In this document: in pieces, positions 28,609 to 37,444 of the stretch
Layout: every line of letters starts with the position of its first letter
Position numbering within the stretch: position 1 is the first letter of the stretch
Translations under genes and position numbers: made by a program
Source: a virus
Lineage: Duplodnaviria > Heunggongvirae > Uroviricota > Caudoviricetes
Strand: one strand, 5' to 3'
IMG/VR virus record: IMGVR_UViG_3300044618_002782
Coordinates: 64,001 to 128,000 of that record
DNA: 64,000 bases
Notes under the pieces: model-generated
Database searches by the model: none
What the model saw: the letters and a program-made list of their open reading frames with translations, nothing else
Told to the model about the DNA's origin: nothing

Positions 28609-29697
28609 ATGTTTGATGCTATTAAACCACTGCTAGATAGCGGACTCATTAACGAGGACGTGGGACAAGAACTCAACGAAGCTTGGGAATCTAAACTCAC
28701 AGAAGCTCGCGAACAGTTACGTGCAGAACTCCGCGAAGAGTTTGCACAACGCTACGAGCATGACAAGACAGTAATGGTTGAAGCCCTAGATCGCATGGTA
28801 ACAGAAGGTCTTGCACAAGAGATCCAAGGCATTGCTGCTGAAAAGCAACAACTAGCCGAAGATCGTGTCAAGTTCCAAGCCAAAATGAAAGAAAGTTCTG
28901 TAAAGTTCAACGACTTTATGGTTTCCAAATTGGCTGAAGAAATTGGCGAACTGCGCAAAGACCGCCGTGTTCACACCGAAGGTTTCCAGAAATTGGAACG
29001 CTTTGTTGTTGAAGCACTGGCCCAAGAAATCATGGAATTCCAACAAGACAAGCGTGATGTCGTAGAGACAAAAGTGCGTCTGGTTCGTGAAGCCCGTGGT
29101 AAATTGGAAGCTCTCAAGGCTAGATTCGTTACAGAATCTGCTGCCAAAATGAGCCGCGCTGTTGCTGGGCATCTTAAAGCTGAAATGAGTCAGTTGCACG
29201 AAGACATCAAGGTTGCTCGCGAGAACAATTTTGGACGTCGTATTTTTGAAGCGTATGCTGCAGAGTTTGGTTCAACATATCTCAACGAGAATGCTGAAAT
29301 TCGAAAACTCAGCCGTGTAGTTGCTCACAAAAATCAGCAACTGGAAGAAGCAACACGAGTCGTCGAGGCAAAACAACGCCTGGTCGATTCCAAAGAGAAA
29401 GAAATTCGTATTATCAAGGAATCCACACAGCGCGAAAGCACCATGGAAGAATTGCTTGCACCTCTCAACGAAGAGAAGCAGGAAGTAATGCGCAATTTGT
29501 TAGAAAGCGTTCAAACAAGTCGTTTGAAAGGCGCTTTCGAGAAGTATCTACCAGCTGTGCTGAACGATGCAAGCAGCAAGAACCGCAAGGTCATTGCTGA
29601 AAGTGTTCGCGAAGTAACTGGTGATAAAACCGTCAAGGCCGCAAAAGAAGAAGACCGTTCCAACGTGATCGACATCAAGCGCCTGGCAGGTCTTTAA
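28609..29697 (+). CDS. gp22: Prohead core scaffolding protein
   Basis: Coiled-coil, Glu/Lys-rich, between gp21 and gp23; ends IDIKRLAGL. Confidence 0.8.
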   Translation: MFDAIKPLLDSGLINEDVGQELNEAWESKLTEAREQLRAELREEFAQRYEHDKTVMVEALDRMVTEGLAQEIQGIAAEKQQLAEDRVKFQAKMKESSVKFNDFMVSKLAEEIGELRKDRRVHTEGFQKLERFVVEALAQEIMEFQQDKRDVVETKVRLVREARGKLEALKARFVTESAAKMSRAVAGHLKAEMSQLHEDIKVARENNFGRRIFEAYAAEFGSTYLNENAEIRKLSRVVAHKNQQLEEATRVVEAKQRLVDSKEKEIRIIKESTQRESTMEELLAPLNEEKQEVMRNLLESVQTSRLKGAFEKYLPAVLNDASSKNRKVIAESVREVTGDKTVKAAKEEDRSNVIDIKRLAGL

Positions 29698-29712
29698 TTA
29701 GAGGAGACTTAA

Positions 29713-30930
29713 ATGTCACAAGAACTGTTAGAAAGCCGTTGGGACGAGACCAAAGAAGCCCTTATGGAAGGCCTCAAAGGTAGCCGTCGTAACACAATGG
29801 GCGTTATCTTAGAAAACACCCGCAAGTACCTAAAAGAAAACGCAAGTGCAGGTTCAACTGTATCAGGCAACATCGCCACACTAAACCGTGTGATTCTGCC
29901 TGTTATCCGTCGAGTCATGCCAACTGTTATCGCTAACGAGTTGGTTGGCGTTCAGCCAATGACTGGTCCTGTTGGCCAAATTCACACATTGCGTGTGCGT
30001 TATGCCAGCACAATGACAGACCAAACAGCAGCAGCAACATCAGTTGTAGCTGGTGAAGAAGCACTGTCACCTTTCAAGATCGCTGTTGCTTACTCAGCAG
30101 GCGCTCGTGGTGCTGACAACGCTGCAACAACACAAACTGCTGCACAAGGTTATTCTGGTGCACAGACAGCAACACTTGAAGGCAATGGCGGACGTCAAAT
30201 CTCTGTACAGATCCTCAAGCAAGCTGTTGAAGCTAAAACACGTAAGCTACAAGCTCGTTGGACTTTTGAAGCTGCTCAAGACGCACAAGCAATGCATGGT
30301 ATCGACGTAGAAGCCGAAATCATGGCAGCTTTGGCTCAAGAAATTACAGCTGAAATTGACCAAGAGATCCTGTTGAGCCTGCGTTCGTTGGCCACAACTG
30401 AGTTTACATACAACCAAGCTACTGTTTCTGGTACTGCTACATTCGTTGGTGACGAACATGCTGCTCTAGCTGTTCTGATCAACCGTGTTGCTAACCTGAT
30501 CGCACAACGCACACGTCGTGGTGCAGGTAACTGGGCTGTTGTGTCACCTGCTAGCTTGACTGTTCTTCAGTCAGCAACAACATCAGCATTTGCACGTACC
30601 ACAGAAGGTACATTCGAAGCACCTACAAACACCAAGTTTGTTGGTACATTGAACGGCGCAATGCGTGTGTTCGTTGACAGCTACGCTAGTGATAGCACAC
30701 CTGTGTTAGTTGGTTATAAGGGTTCGAGCGAAGCTGATGCAGCAGCGTTCTATTGCCCATATATCCCCCTAATGAGCAGCGGTGTTGTTCTGGATCCGTC
30801 AACATTCGAACCAGTCGTAAGCTTTATGACGAGATACGGATATATCGAATTGACAAACACAGCATCAAGCTTCGGCAATGCTGGAGATTATGTCGGCGAG
30901 ATAGCCGTTTCGAATTTGAGCTTCAGCTAA
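29713..30930 (+). CDS. gp23: Major capsid protein
   Basis: ANELVGVQPMTGPVGQI, KTRKLQARWTFEAAQDAQAMHGIDVEAE, EITAEIDQEIL, FYCPYIPL, FMTRYG. Confidence 0.97.
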   Translation: MSQELLESRWDETKEALMEGLKGSRRNTMGVILENTRKYLKENASAGSTVSGNIATLNRVILPVIRRVMPTVIANELVGVQPMTGPVGQIHTLRVRYASTMTDQTAAATSVVAGEEALSPFKIAVAYSAGARGADNAATTQTAAQGYSGAQTATLEGNGGRQISVQILKQAVEAKTRKLQARWTFEAAQDAQAMHGIDVEAEIMAALAQEITAEIDQEILLSLRSLATTEFTYNQATVSGTATFVGDEHAALAVLINRVANLIAQRTRRGAGNWAVVSPASLTVLQSATTSAFARTTEGTFEAPTNTKFVGTLNGAMRVFVDSYASDSTPVLVGYKGSSEADAAAFYCPYIPLMSSGVVLDPSTFEPVVSFMTRYGYIELTNTASSFGNAGDYVGEIAVSNLSFS

Positions 30931-30958
30931 TCCATTTAGTTGTTATTCAAAAAGCAAG

Positions 30959-30983
30959 AAACCCACTTCGGTGGGTTTTTTGT
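30959..30983 (+). terminator. Rho-independent terminator after gp23
   Basis: aaacccac-TTCG-gtgggttt followed by a T tract. Confidence 0.9.
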
Positions 30984-30986
30984 TGG

Positions 30987-31020
30987 TTGACAAATATATA
31001 GAACTCACTTATACTAAATA
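30987..31020 (+). promoter_or_regulatory. Sigma70 promoter overlapping a late promoter for the HNH gene
   Basis: TTGACA-17 nt-TATACT (30987-31015) with TAAATA at 31015-31020, 5 nt before the ATG. Confidence 0.75.
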
Positions 31021-31025
31021 ACAAT

Positions 31026-31766
31026 ATGAACAAATACGAAAAATGGTATAATCAAATCACTGTTCGCGGTCAAACCCGTGTCACAGATCAACGTACAGAA
31101 TCGCACCACATTATACCTAAATGCTTAGGTGGCAGTGACGATGCTAGTAATCTAACCAATATCACATTACGAGAACATTTTATATGTCATTGGTTGCTGA
31201 CAAAAATACATCAAGGTAAGCACCGTCATCAGCTACTTAAAGCATTATGGATGATGAGAGCCGAGAATCAAAATCAAAAACGATACAATACTAAAATAAC
31301 ATCAAGAGTATATGCCACTCTCAAAGAAGAATATAGCATGTTGCAAAGTCAAAGAGTAACAGGTGAAAACAATCCTATGTGGGGGAAAACACAAAGTGAA
31401 AAAGCTCGAGCACTAATTAGCCAAAAGAATACAGGGAAAAAGTTAACAGAAGAACAAATAGCAAAACAAATAGCTGCTCAGACTGGCCGTAAGAGAAAAA
31501 CATTTTCAGATGAATGGCTTGATAATATGTCAAAGAATCATAAAAGTAAACAGCCAGATTTTGATGGATCGTTAAAGGAAGAAACTAAGAAAAAAATTGG
31601 CGACAAGATTCGAGGACGCAAGCAAACAGATGAAGAAAAAGCAAGGCGCAGTGCTGCAAACTTGGGAAAAGTTAGACTTAAAAAACTGTGCCCACATTGC
31701 GATCAACAGATAGCTGTAAACACCTATCCCAGATTCCACGGAGACCTTTGCCGCCACCGTACATAA
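31026..31766 (+). mobile_element. Freestanding HNH homing endonuclease gene with NUMOD3 repeats
   Basis: ESHHIIPKCLGGSDDASNLTNITLREHFICHWLL; GENNPMWGKTQSE (NUMOD3); C-terminal CPHC..HGDLC. Confidence 0.88.
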
Positions 31767-31773
31767 ATACAGT

Positions 31774-32856
31774 ATGGCCAATTCACCCCCACCCTACAGC
31801 AACATAACCGGCATTAGTCGTGCCGCAATGAAAGACAATGCCCAGATCACCTTGGCCAACTACGACGGCAACGCCAGACCTGGCGAACTGGTGGTGGATC
31901 AGACCACCACTGTGTTGTACATAGGCAATGCAGCAGGTGAACTCACAGCAGTGGCCACACCCGGCGGCGCAACAACCTGGGCCTTGCTGGACGACAAAAC
32001 AGGTGCTGCAGGTCCCACTATCATAGCCCTGGGGCAAAATGCTGGATTTGATGGCCAGGACTCGGGAGCAGTAGCCATTGGATCAACTGCTGGACAAGGT
32101 GGCCAACAGTCAGCAGCCGTTGCAATTGGTCAAAATTCTGGTGGCAACACCACTCAAGGCTCAGGTGCTGTGGCCATTGGTATCTCAACTGGATTTGATG
32201 CTCAAGGCCAGTACGGAGTGGCCATTGGTGCTTTTACTGCAATGACTTTGCAAGGTGCTCGATCAGTGGCCATTGGACTCAGCAGCGGCCAAAGCAGCCA
32301 AGGTGCCAATTCTGTGGCCATGGGTCAATATGCCGGCAACGAAACACAAGGTGTCAGTTCTGTGGCCATTGGCAACAATGCTGGTTATACTGGTCAAGGC
32401 ATCAGTTCTGTGGCCATTGGCGACGGTGCTGGCGAGACCAATCAAGGCAATCAAAGTGTTGCCATTGGACAAAATGCCGGTGCTGCTCAGGGATCAACAG
32501 CAGTGGCCATTGGACAAAATGCTGGTGGCGGCGTTGCCTTGCAAAATGATGACGCAGTGGCCATTGGGCACGGTGCAGGCGAAAATGGTCAAGGCACACA
32601 GGCCATTGCTCATGGATTATATGCTGGACAGGTCACACAAGGTATCAACGCAGTGGCCATTGGTGCATACGCCGGGCAAACTGCGCAGGGCAACAATTCA
32701 ATCATTATGAATGCCACAGGTGCTGCCCTAAATCAAACCACAGCCAACACATTCACTGTGAAACCTGTGCGCAACGGCGGATCCAGTGGATTACCTGCAG
32801 GATTTTTTCAAATGGCATACAATCCCACAACAGGTGAGATTGTTTACTACACCTGA
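31774..32856 (+). CDS. Fibre/adhesin-like virion protein with YadA-head-like (Hep/Hag) AIG repeats
   Basis: About 16 repeats of x(A/S)VAIGxxAGxxxQ with a roughly 14-15 aa period. The N-terminal 60 aa are shared with the ORF at 63560. Confidence 0.65.
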   Translation: MANSPPPYSNITGISRAAMKDNAQITLANYDGNARPGELVVDQTTTVLYIGNAAGELTAVATPGGATTWALLDDKTGAAGPTIIALGQNAGFDGQDSGAVAIGSTAGQGGQQSAAVAIGQNSGGNTTQGSGAVAIGISTGFDAQGQYGVAIGAFTAMTLQGARSVAIGLSSGQSSQGANSVAMGQYAGNETQGVSSVAIGNNAGYTGQGISSVAIGDGAGETNQGNQSVAIGQNAGAAQGSTAVAIGQNAGGGVALQNDDAVAIGHGAGENGQGTQAIAHGLYAGQVTQGINAVAIGAYAGQTAQGNNSIIMNATGAALNQTTANTFTVKPVRNGGSSGLPAGFFQMAYNPTTGEIVYYT

Positions 32857-32876
32857 GTTAAAATAAATACCCCACA

Positions 32877-33524
32877 ATGAAAATCAATCAAATTGTCAAC
32901 GAGGAAAGTCACATAGATCCAGATATCATTGCTGCTCTCAAGAAAAAAGGTTACAAACCAAAAGGTCGTGGGGATGATGCAGTTGCATTTGTAGAACCCG
33001 GCACAGGACAAATTCTCAAAATATTTGGAACTGGCGACGGAGCAGATGTTACAAAAAAAGCTGGCCAGCAACAGACCAATTTTAATGAACATCAAAAGAT
33101 GGCAATTTACTGGGCCAAGTATTGCGCCGCAAATTCTGGTAATAAATTTCTACCAAAGTTTTCAGGGATTGAGAGCTTTCATTGGGGCAGTGCTGTGTAT
33201 CTACAGATTCGTCAAGAAAGATTATATGACTTGGAAAAAGATCAAAAAAGAACGATAGAATCCATGGCCATGCAGGCCCGGCGCAAAGTTCCGTTTGACA
33301 CCATGGATCAAAAGTACACCAATAATCATTATGCTGACACCAGAGCAGCATGGAAACAAATAAAAGACAAAATAGACAACAAAGATCTCAGATTGTTCTA
33401 TCAGACCATGATAGATATTGCCAATATCGGGGATCAAAAAAACTGGGCCTACGATCTTCACGGTGACAACATAATGATGCGTCGAGATGGCACACCAGTT
33501 ATACTTGATCCCTGGGCTCTGTAA
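32877..33524 (+). CDS. Protein-kinase-like (APH/RIO-type) protein
   Basis: Gly-rich KGRGDDAVAF, ILKIF, LQIRQERL hinge, catalytic loop DLHGDNIM, VILDP. Confidence 0.7.
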   Translation: MKINQIVNEESHIDPDIIAALKKKGYKPKGRGDDAVAFVEPGTGQILKIFGTGDGADVTKKAGQQQTNFNEHQKMAIYWAKYCAANSGNKFLPKFSGIESFHWGSAVYLQIRQERLYDLEKDQKRTIESMAMQARRKVPFDTMDQKYTNNHYADTRAAWKQIKDKIDNKDLRLFYQTMIDIANIGDQKNWAYDLHGDNIMMRRDGTPVILDPWAL

Positions 33525-33572
33525 ACAAGCAGTATCAGTGATAAATAAACAAACCGATCAAGGATCTTTCCA

Positions 33573-35336
33573 ATGACTATCAAACCTGTGCTAGTGCCCG
33601 ACCATAACGCAGCTGACCTGCGTGACCTAATGAACCGATTCAGCACAGCAGCCCAATCAGCCACGCCGGCTGCACAAGCCAACCGAATAAGACAACAGCT
33701 AACTGAAAGCGCAGAACCGGGTGTGGCGGAAGCTCGTCCAGATGTCATGCGACATCGGGGTGATAAGACTGTGAAAATAGTCAAACGTGCGGGTAAACCC
33801 ATTGGCGAGATTGGTACGGATGCAGAAGCCAGTCCCGGCAATGGTCAGTACTATGTCAAACTGTACGACGGCAGCTACGATGCTGTGGGATACGACACAG
33901 CTGAAGAAGCCTTAGCAGAATTAAAGGCAGCCATTAAACAAGGTGTGGCGGAAGGTGGGCGTCTGGACATGAGCAGCCCAGAAGAGAAAGCAGCCCGTAA
34001 AGCATACATCAAGGCACACGGACATCCCCCACCGCTGACTCCAGACAGCGTGGTGGCCAAATATAACCCTGAGAATGATAAAAAAGTCAGAGACTATTAT
34101 CTCAGAAGAAAAGGAATTCCACAAGACAAGCTGGACAAGATGAAGGAAGATGGTGTGGCTGAAGGCGAAAAGCCAGAGTATCAAAAACTATTAAAACAAA
34201 TAAAACAAAACGCTAAGAATGACCCAAATAGAATTCCTAGAGGTTATGAACTGACTGACCACGGCATGCTAGTAAAAAAACATAAGACCGAAAAGTCAAA
34301 CGATGGTGTAGGCGGATTAGGGGAAGGCATGGTGGAAGGGACATTTCAAGATGATGGCAAGATGGATTGGAATGCATGGAAACAGAAAGCAAAAAAACAC
34401 GGTGCAGTAAAGTTTACTGATACTGATAATAAGACTATTGCTTATGATAAAGATGGCAAAGTAGTCAGTTCTATAACCTGGTCGCAAAAGAAGTCAGGTA
34501 TGGCGGAAGCAACTGGTGACACATCATTTGATTCAATGATGGGAAACATAGTCAAAGGTGCTAGATACAAGGGTGCCGCAGCTGATCAACGTGCCGATGC
34601 AGCATACAGTGGCATGATGAACAATATTACTAAAAATGCTGCTGATGTTGCAAAACCATCTGCTGACTCTAAGTTTGAACAAGTGTATAGCGCAGTAGAG
34701 AGAATACTTTTATCTAATAATGTTCATTGGGATATAGATGACGACATTTCGGACGCTCTTAAAAAGTTAAAAATCAAAGCATCGGACGCTCTCATGCAAA
34801 AACTTGAGAGAGAACTTATTAATCGTGTATCGGATGCGCTACAATATTATGATGATGGTGATTTAGCAGAGTCAGGTGTGGCGGAAGGATCAGAAAACAA
34901 TCCAGTGGTCAATGCCATCACACGCAGAATTATGATGCAACGTTCAGACTTGTTGAGCAAGTACGGTCCAGAAAAGGTTGGGCAAGCTGTCGATGAAGTT
35001 GCTGACTTTGTGGGCAATGTGGAAGAAATTGGATCCAGCGATGTATCAGGTTGGGTTCGTCATGTGGAACAAATGTTGGGCAACATGGAGCAAGATGTAG
35101 CAGAAGAAGCAGCAGCGCCAACATTCAAGCCCGGAGATCGTGTGATGTATGCTGGTAAATTTGCCACTGTTGTTGCACAAGATGGTGATGCGTATGGTAT
35201 TCGTGTTGACGCACAACCAGGAACAATGAAGGTTCTGGCTAGCCAAATCAAGAAACCCAGCTACGACGAAAGTGTTGCCGAGTCAATTGACCCTATAGAA
35301 CAGCTTCGTGCAGATATTCGACGTTTTGCACTGTAA
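33573..35336 (+). CDS. Modular polyprotein-like protein with GVAE-type spacers (putative capsid cargo)
   Basis: Eight in-frame (G/D/S)-(V/M)-(A/V)-E sites separate unrelated-looking 55-125 aa blocks; see findings. Confidence 0.6.
   Translation: MTIKPVLVPDHNAADLRDLMNRFSTAAQSATPAAQANRIRQQLTESAEPGVAEARPDVMRHRGDKTVKIVKRAGKPIGEIGTDAEASPGNGQYYVKLYDGSYDAVGYDTAEEALAELKAAIKQGVAEGGRLDMSSPEEKAARKAYIKAHGHPPPLTPDSVVAKYNPENDKKVRDYYLRRKGIPQDKLDKMKEDGVAEGEKPEYQKLLKQIKQNAKNDPNRIPRGYELTDHGMLVKKHKTEKSNDGVGGLGEGMVEGTFQDDGKMDWNAWKQKAKKHGAVKFTDTDNKTIAYDKDGKVVSSITWSQKKSGMAEATGDTSFDSMMGNIVKGARYKGAAADQRADAAYSGMMNNITKNAADVAKPSADSKFEQVYSAVERILLSNNVHWDIDDDISDALKKLKIKASDALMQKLERELINRVSDALQYYDDGDLAESGVAEGSENNPVVNAITRRIMMQRSDLLSKYGPEKVGQAVDEVADFVGNVEEIGSSDVSGWVRHVEQMLGNMEQDVAEEAAAPTFKPGDRVMYAGKFATVVAQDGDAYGIRVDAQPGTMKVLASQIKKPSYDESVAESIDPIEQLRADIRRFAL
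33720..34887 (+). repeat. Dispersed 13-nt direct repeat GGTGTGGCGGAAG
   Basis: Exact copies at 33720, 33942 and 34875; one-mismatch copies at 34152 and 34497; degenerate copy at 34326; all in the same reading frame. Confidence 0.85.
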
Positions 35337-35343
35337 GAAAACG

Positions 35344-35362
35344 GCCCCGCAAGGGGCTTTTT
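35344..35362 (+). terminator. Rho-independent terminator
   Basis: gcccc-GCAA-ggggc followed by TTTTT. Confidence 0.85.
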
Positions 35363-35368
35363 GTTCTC

Positions 35369-35376
35369 TATAAATA
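35369..35376 (+). promoter_or_regulatory. T4-type late promoter
   Basis: Exact TATAAATA, 4 nt before ATG 35381. Confidence 0.8.
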
Positions 35377-35380
35377 AAGC

Positions 35381-35986
35381 ATGCCCACATTCGTCACACC
35401 CTACTCTGGTTCAGCAGAACTCACAGCCAACACTGGATTAACAGTTGTCGACGCTGGCCTCTGGCGATACAGTCAAGCCGGTTACAACGACGGTGCTACT
35501 TTTGGACTCAGCTTAGGTCATCCCAATCCTTTATCTGGTGGTCTCTTGCACTTACGAGCAATAAATTGGACAATAGCAGTGATTGGAAATCAACTCACTG
35601 CTTACACTGATCCCGACACTGGTCAAACATATCCGTCAGCTGCTTGTAGAATTACCGTGGCCGGATCTTGGTCAGTGATTCGACAGCCCAACAGCAACAG
35701 CTACAATAGTTTTGGTGTCAGCTGGGTGGGAACAACTGAAACAGATCTGGGCGGTCGAGAAATGAACCCTTACTTGTTAAGCTACAACAGTCCTGTAGCA
35801 CAGTACGTGATACAAGGGTCAGCAGTGTCAGGCGGTGCGCAAAATACATTTAGCAGTCGTGTGTTTGAATGTAGAGCCACAGAATCTGCCACCAGCGACA
35901 ACAGCAATCGTGAGTTCCAAAGCAATACCATTACAAGACCAGTTTGGATTTATAACTATTCCAAGAGTTGGCAAACAGCAGCTTAA
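35381..35986 (+). CDS. Hypothetical beta-rich late (probably virion) protein
   Basis: 201 aa ORF with a late promoter; no recognised motif. Confidence 0.45.
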   Translation: MPTFVTPYSGSAELTANTGLTVVDAGLWRYSQAGYNDGATFGLSLGHPNPLSGGLLHLRAINWTIAVIGNQLTAYTDPDTGQTYPSAACRITVAGSWSVIRQPNSNSYNSFGVSWVGTTETDLGGREMNPYLLSYNSPVAQYVIQGSAVSGGAQNTFSSRVFECRATESATSDNSNREFQSNTITRPVWIYNYSKSWQTAA

Positions 35987-36030
35987 ACTGCTGGTATATA
36001 ATAACAAGATTGCAACTAAATAAATCATAC

Positions 36031-36085
36031 AACGCAAATGGTTGCGTTTTATGCGGTACCCCACCGCGTAAGGCCTAGAACGCCT
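36031..36085 (+). promoter_or_regulatory. Three-hairpin structured 5' leader
   Basis: aacgcaa/ttgcgtt, tatgcggt/accgcgta and aggc/gcct lie back to back between TAAATA (36017-36022) and the SD. Confidence 0.5.
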
Positions 36086-36107
36086 AACTTTTAAAGGAAA
36101 AGAAAAA

Positions 36108-36710
36108 ATGGGTCGCCCACTAAAAATTAAAAAGAGTACAACCAAAGACATTGGTTTCAATGCTTGGGATCAGCTGACTAATCCAGTATATCCTGCTACA
36201 TTCAACACAGACCAGTATCTTGGTGTGGTTGGTGGTGAAGGCAACGGCGGTGGTGTTGCTACTGCAGCATATCCTGTTGTCAAGTGCAGAGTTTTCATCA
36301 CAGGACAAAGTGAAGAAGATGGTTGGATCGTTCGCCAAAAAGGCACAAGAAAGTATCTGGTTGAAGGTGCCAGTTCAGGTGCACAAGGCGTTTGCGTTTT
36401 GGCCAACGAAGCACAAGGCGTAATAACAGAAGGCAACATGAACATCAGCTTTGCCTTAGACGCAGACAGTTCCGAAGTTCTGATCAGCAAACTCACAAAC
36501 AAGTATGCATATGACTTTACCGGCGGTGAAGTTGGTGGTGCAGCCGCTGGTGGCTTTGCGCAGAACCTGGTACAGCAGAACATTCGTTATGCAGCCAACT
36601 TCTTCACAGACGAAGGCACAGAAATCAAGTCCGGTACTACAGGACAAGACAATACTGCTACACAGCAGAACCTGTTGAGCCTGGTAATTGTAGAAAACTA
36701 CACTTCGTAA
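36108..36710 (+). CDS. Hypothetical late protein, probably an abundant virion component
   Basis: MGRPLKIKK... ORF with its own promoter, SD and terminator; codon usage resembles gp23 by eye. Confidence 0.5.
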   Translation: MGRPLKIKKSTTKDIGFNAWDQLTNPVYPATFNTDQYLGVVGGEGNGGGVATAAYPVVKCRVFITGQSEEDGWIVRQKGTRKYLVEGASSGAQGVCVLANEAQGVITEGNMNISFALDADSSEVLISKLTNKYAYDFTGGEVGGAAAGGFAQNLVQQNIRYAANFFTDEGTEIKSGTTGQDNTATQQNLLSLVIVENYTS

Positions 36711-36729
36711 TTTTTATATTACCTAGGAA

Positions 36730-36760
36730 CCCCTCAGCTACATACTGAGGGGATTTTTTT
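36730..36760 (+). terminator. Rho-independent terminator
   Basis: cccctcag-ctacata-ctgagggg followed by A and T7. Confidence 0.8.
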
Positions 36761-37345
36761 ATGGCTGCTTTTGTATTAGGGAACGGTGTAAGCCGTAGTC
36801 ACATTGACGTAGATCAGTTGTTGCGTGTTGGACCTGTATACGGGTGTAATGCTCTGTATCGAACACACACGCCCACTGTTTTGGTCAGCACAGATCGGCC
36901 CATCAGTGCGGCTATTCAAGCAGCAGGCTACCCATCTAGAAATAGATTTTATACTCGTCGTCCAGAAAATGGCACCGGAGCACAACCTGTTCCGCAAAAG
37001 TATCGAGGATTCAGTAGTGGTCCCATTGCTGCTGGCATTGCAGCCGAGGATGGCAACACCATAATTTATCTGCTGGGGTTTGATTTAGGCCCCAACTCCA
37101 CTGGAAATTTCAACAATGTGTATGCCGGCACAGAATTTTATAAACCCACCACAGCTCTGCCAACTTACACAGGAAACTGGATCCGTCAGTTGATAACAGT
37201 CACAACTGACTATCCAAATCGGCAATTTATACGGGTACATGGCGACACAACTGCATCTATTGCAGAATTTTCCAAAATCAACAACCTCAGCAGTGTCACA
37301 ATTGCAGACTTTGTTGACCGCATAAATACTCCAAAGGATTTATAA
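36761..37345 (+). CDS. Maf/DUF115-like (GT29-fold) glycosyltransferase-like protein
   Basis: AFVLGNGVS, VYGCNALY, LVSTD, SSGPIA, IYLLGFD, as seen in the Maf/MptE/sialyltransferase-like fold. Confidence 0.55.
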   Translation: MAAFVLGNGVSRSHIDVDQLLRVGPVYGCNALYRTHTPTVLVSTDRPISAAIQAAGYPSRNRFYTRRPENGTGAQPVPQKYRGFSSGPIAAGIAAEDGNTIIYLLGFDLGPNSTGNFNNVYAGTEFYKPTTALPTYTGNWIRQLITVTTDYPNRQFIRVHGDTTASIAEFSKINNLSSVTIADFVDRINTPKDL

Positions 37346-37444
37346 CTCATGCCCAACTGCATATTTGAAACAGTCAACCAAGGCAATCAGCTGACGCTTT
37401 CGTGCACCGTGTTTTTATTGCTAAATAAGGAACGAGGGCAATAG

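Noticed and set aside
33720-34887. GGTGTGGCGGAAG repeats as a CRISPR array or Chi sites
   Set aside because: Only 13 nt, not palindromic, spaced 170-380 nt apart inside an ORF, and not the E. coli Chi sequence GCTGGTGG. Kept as cassette junctions instead.
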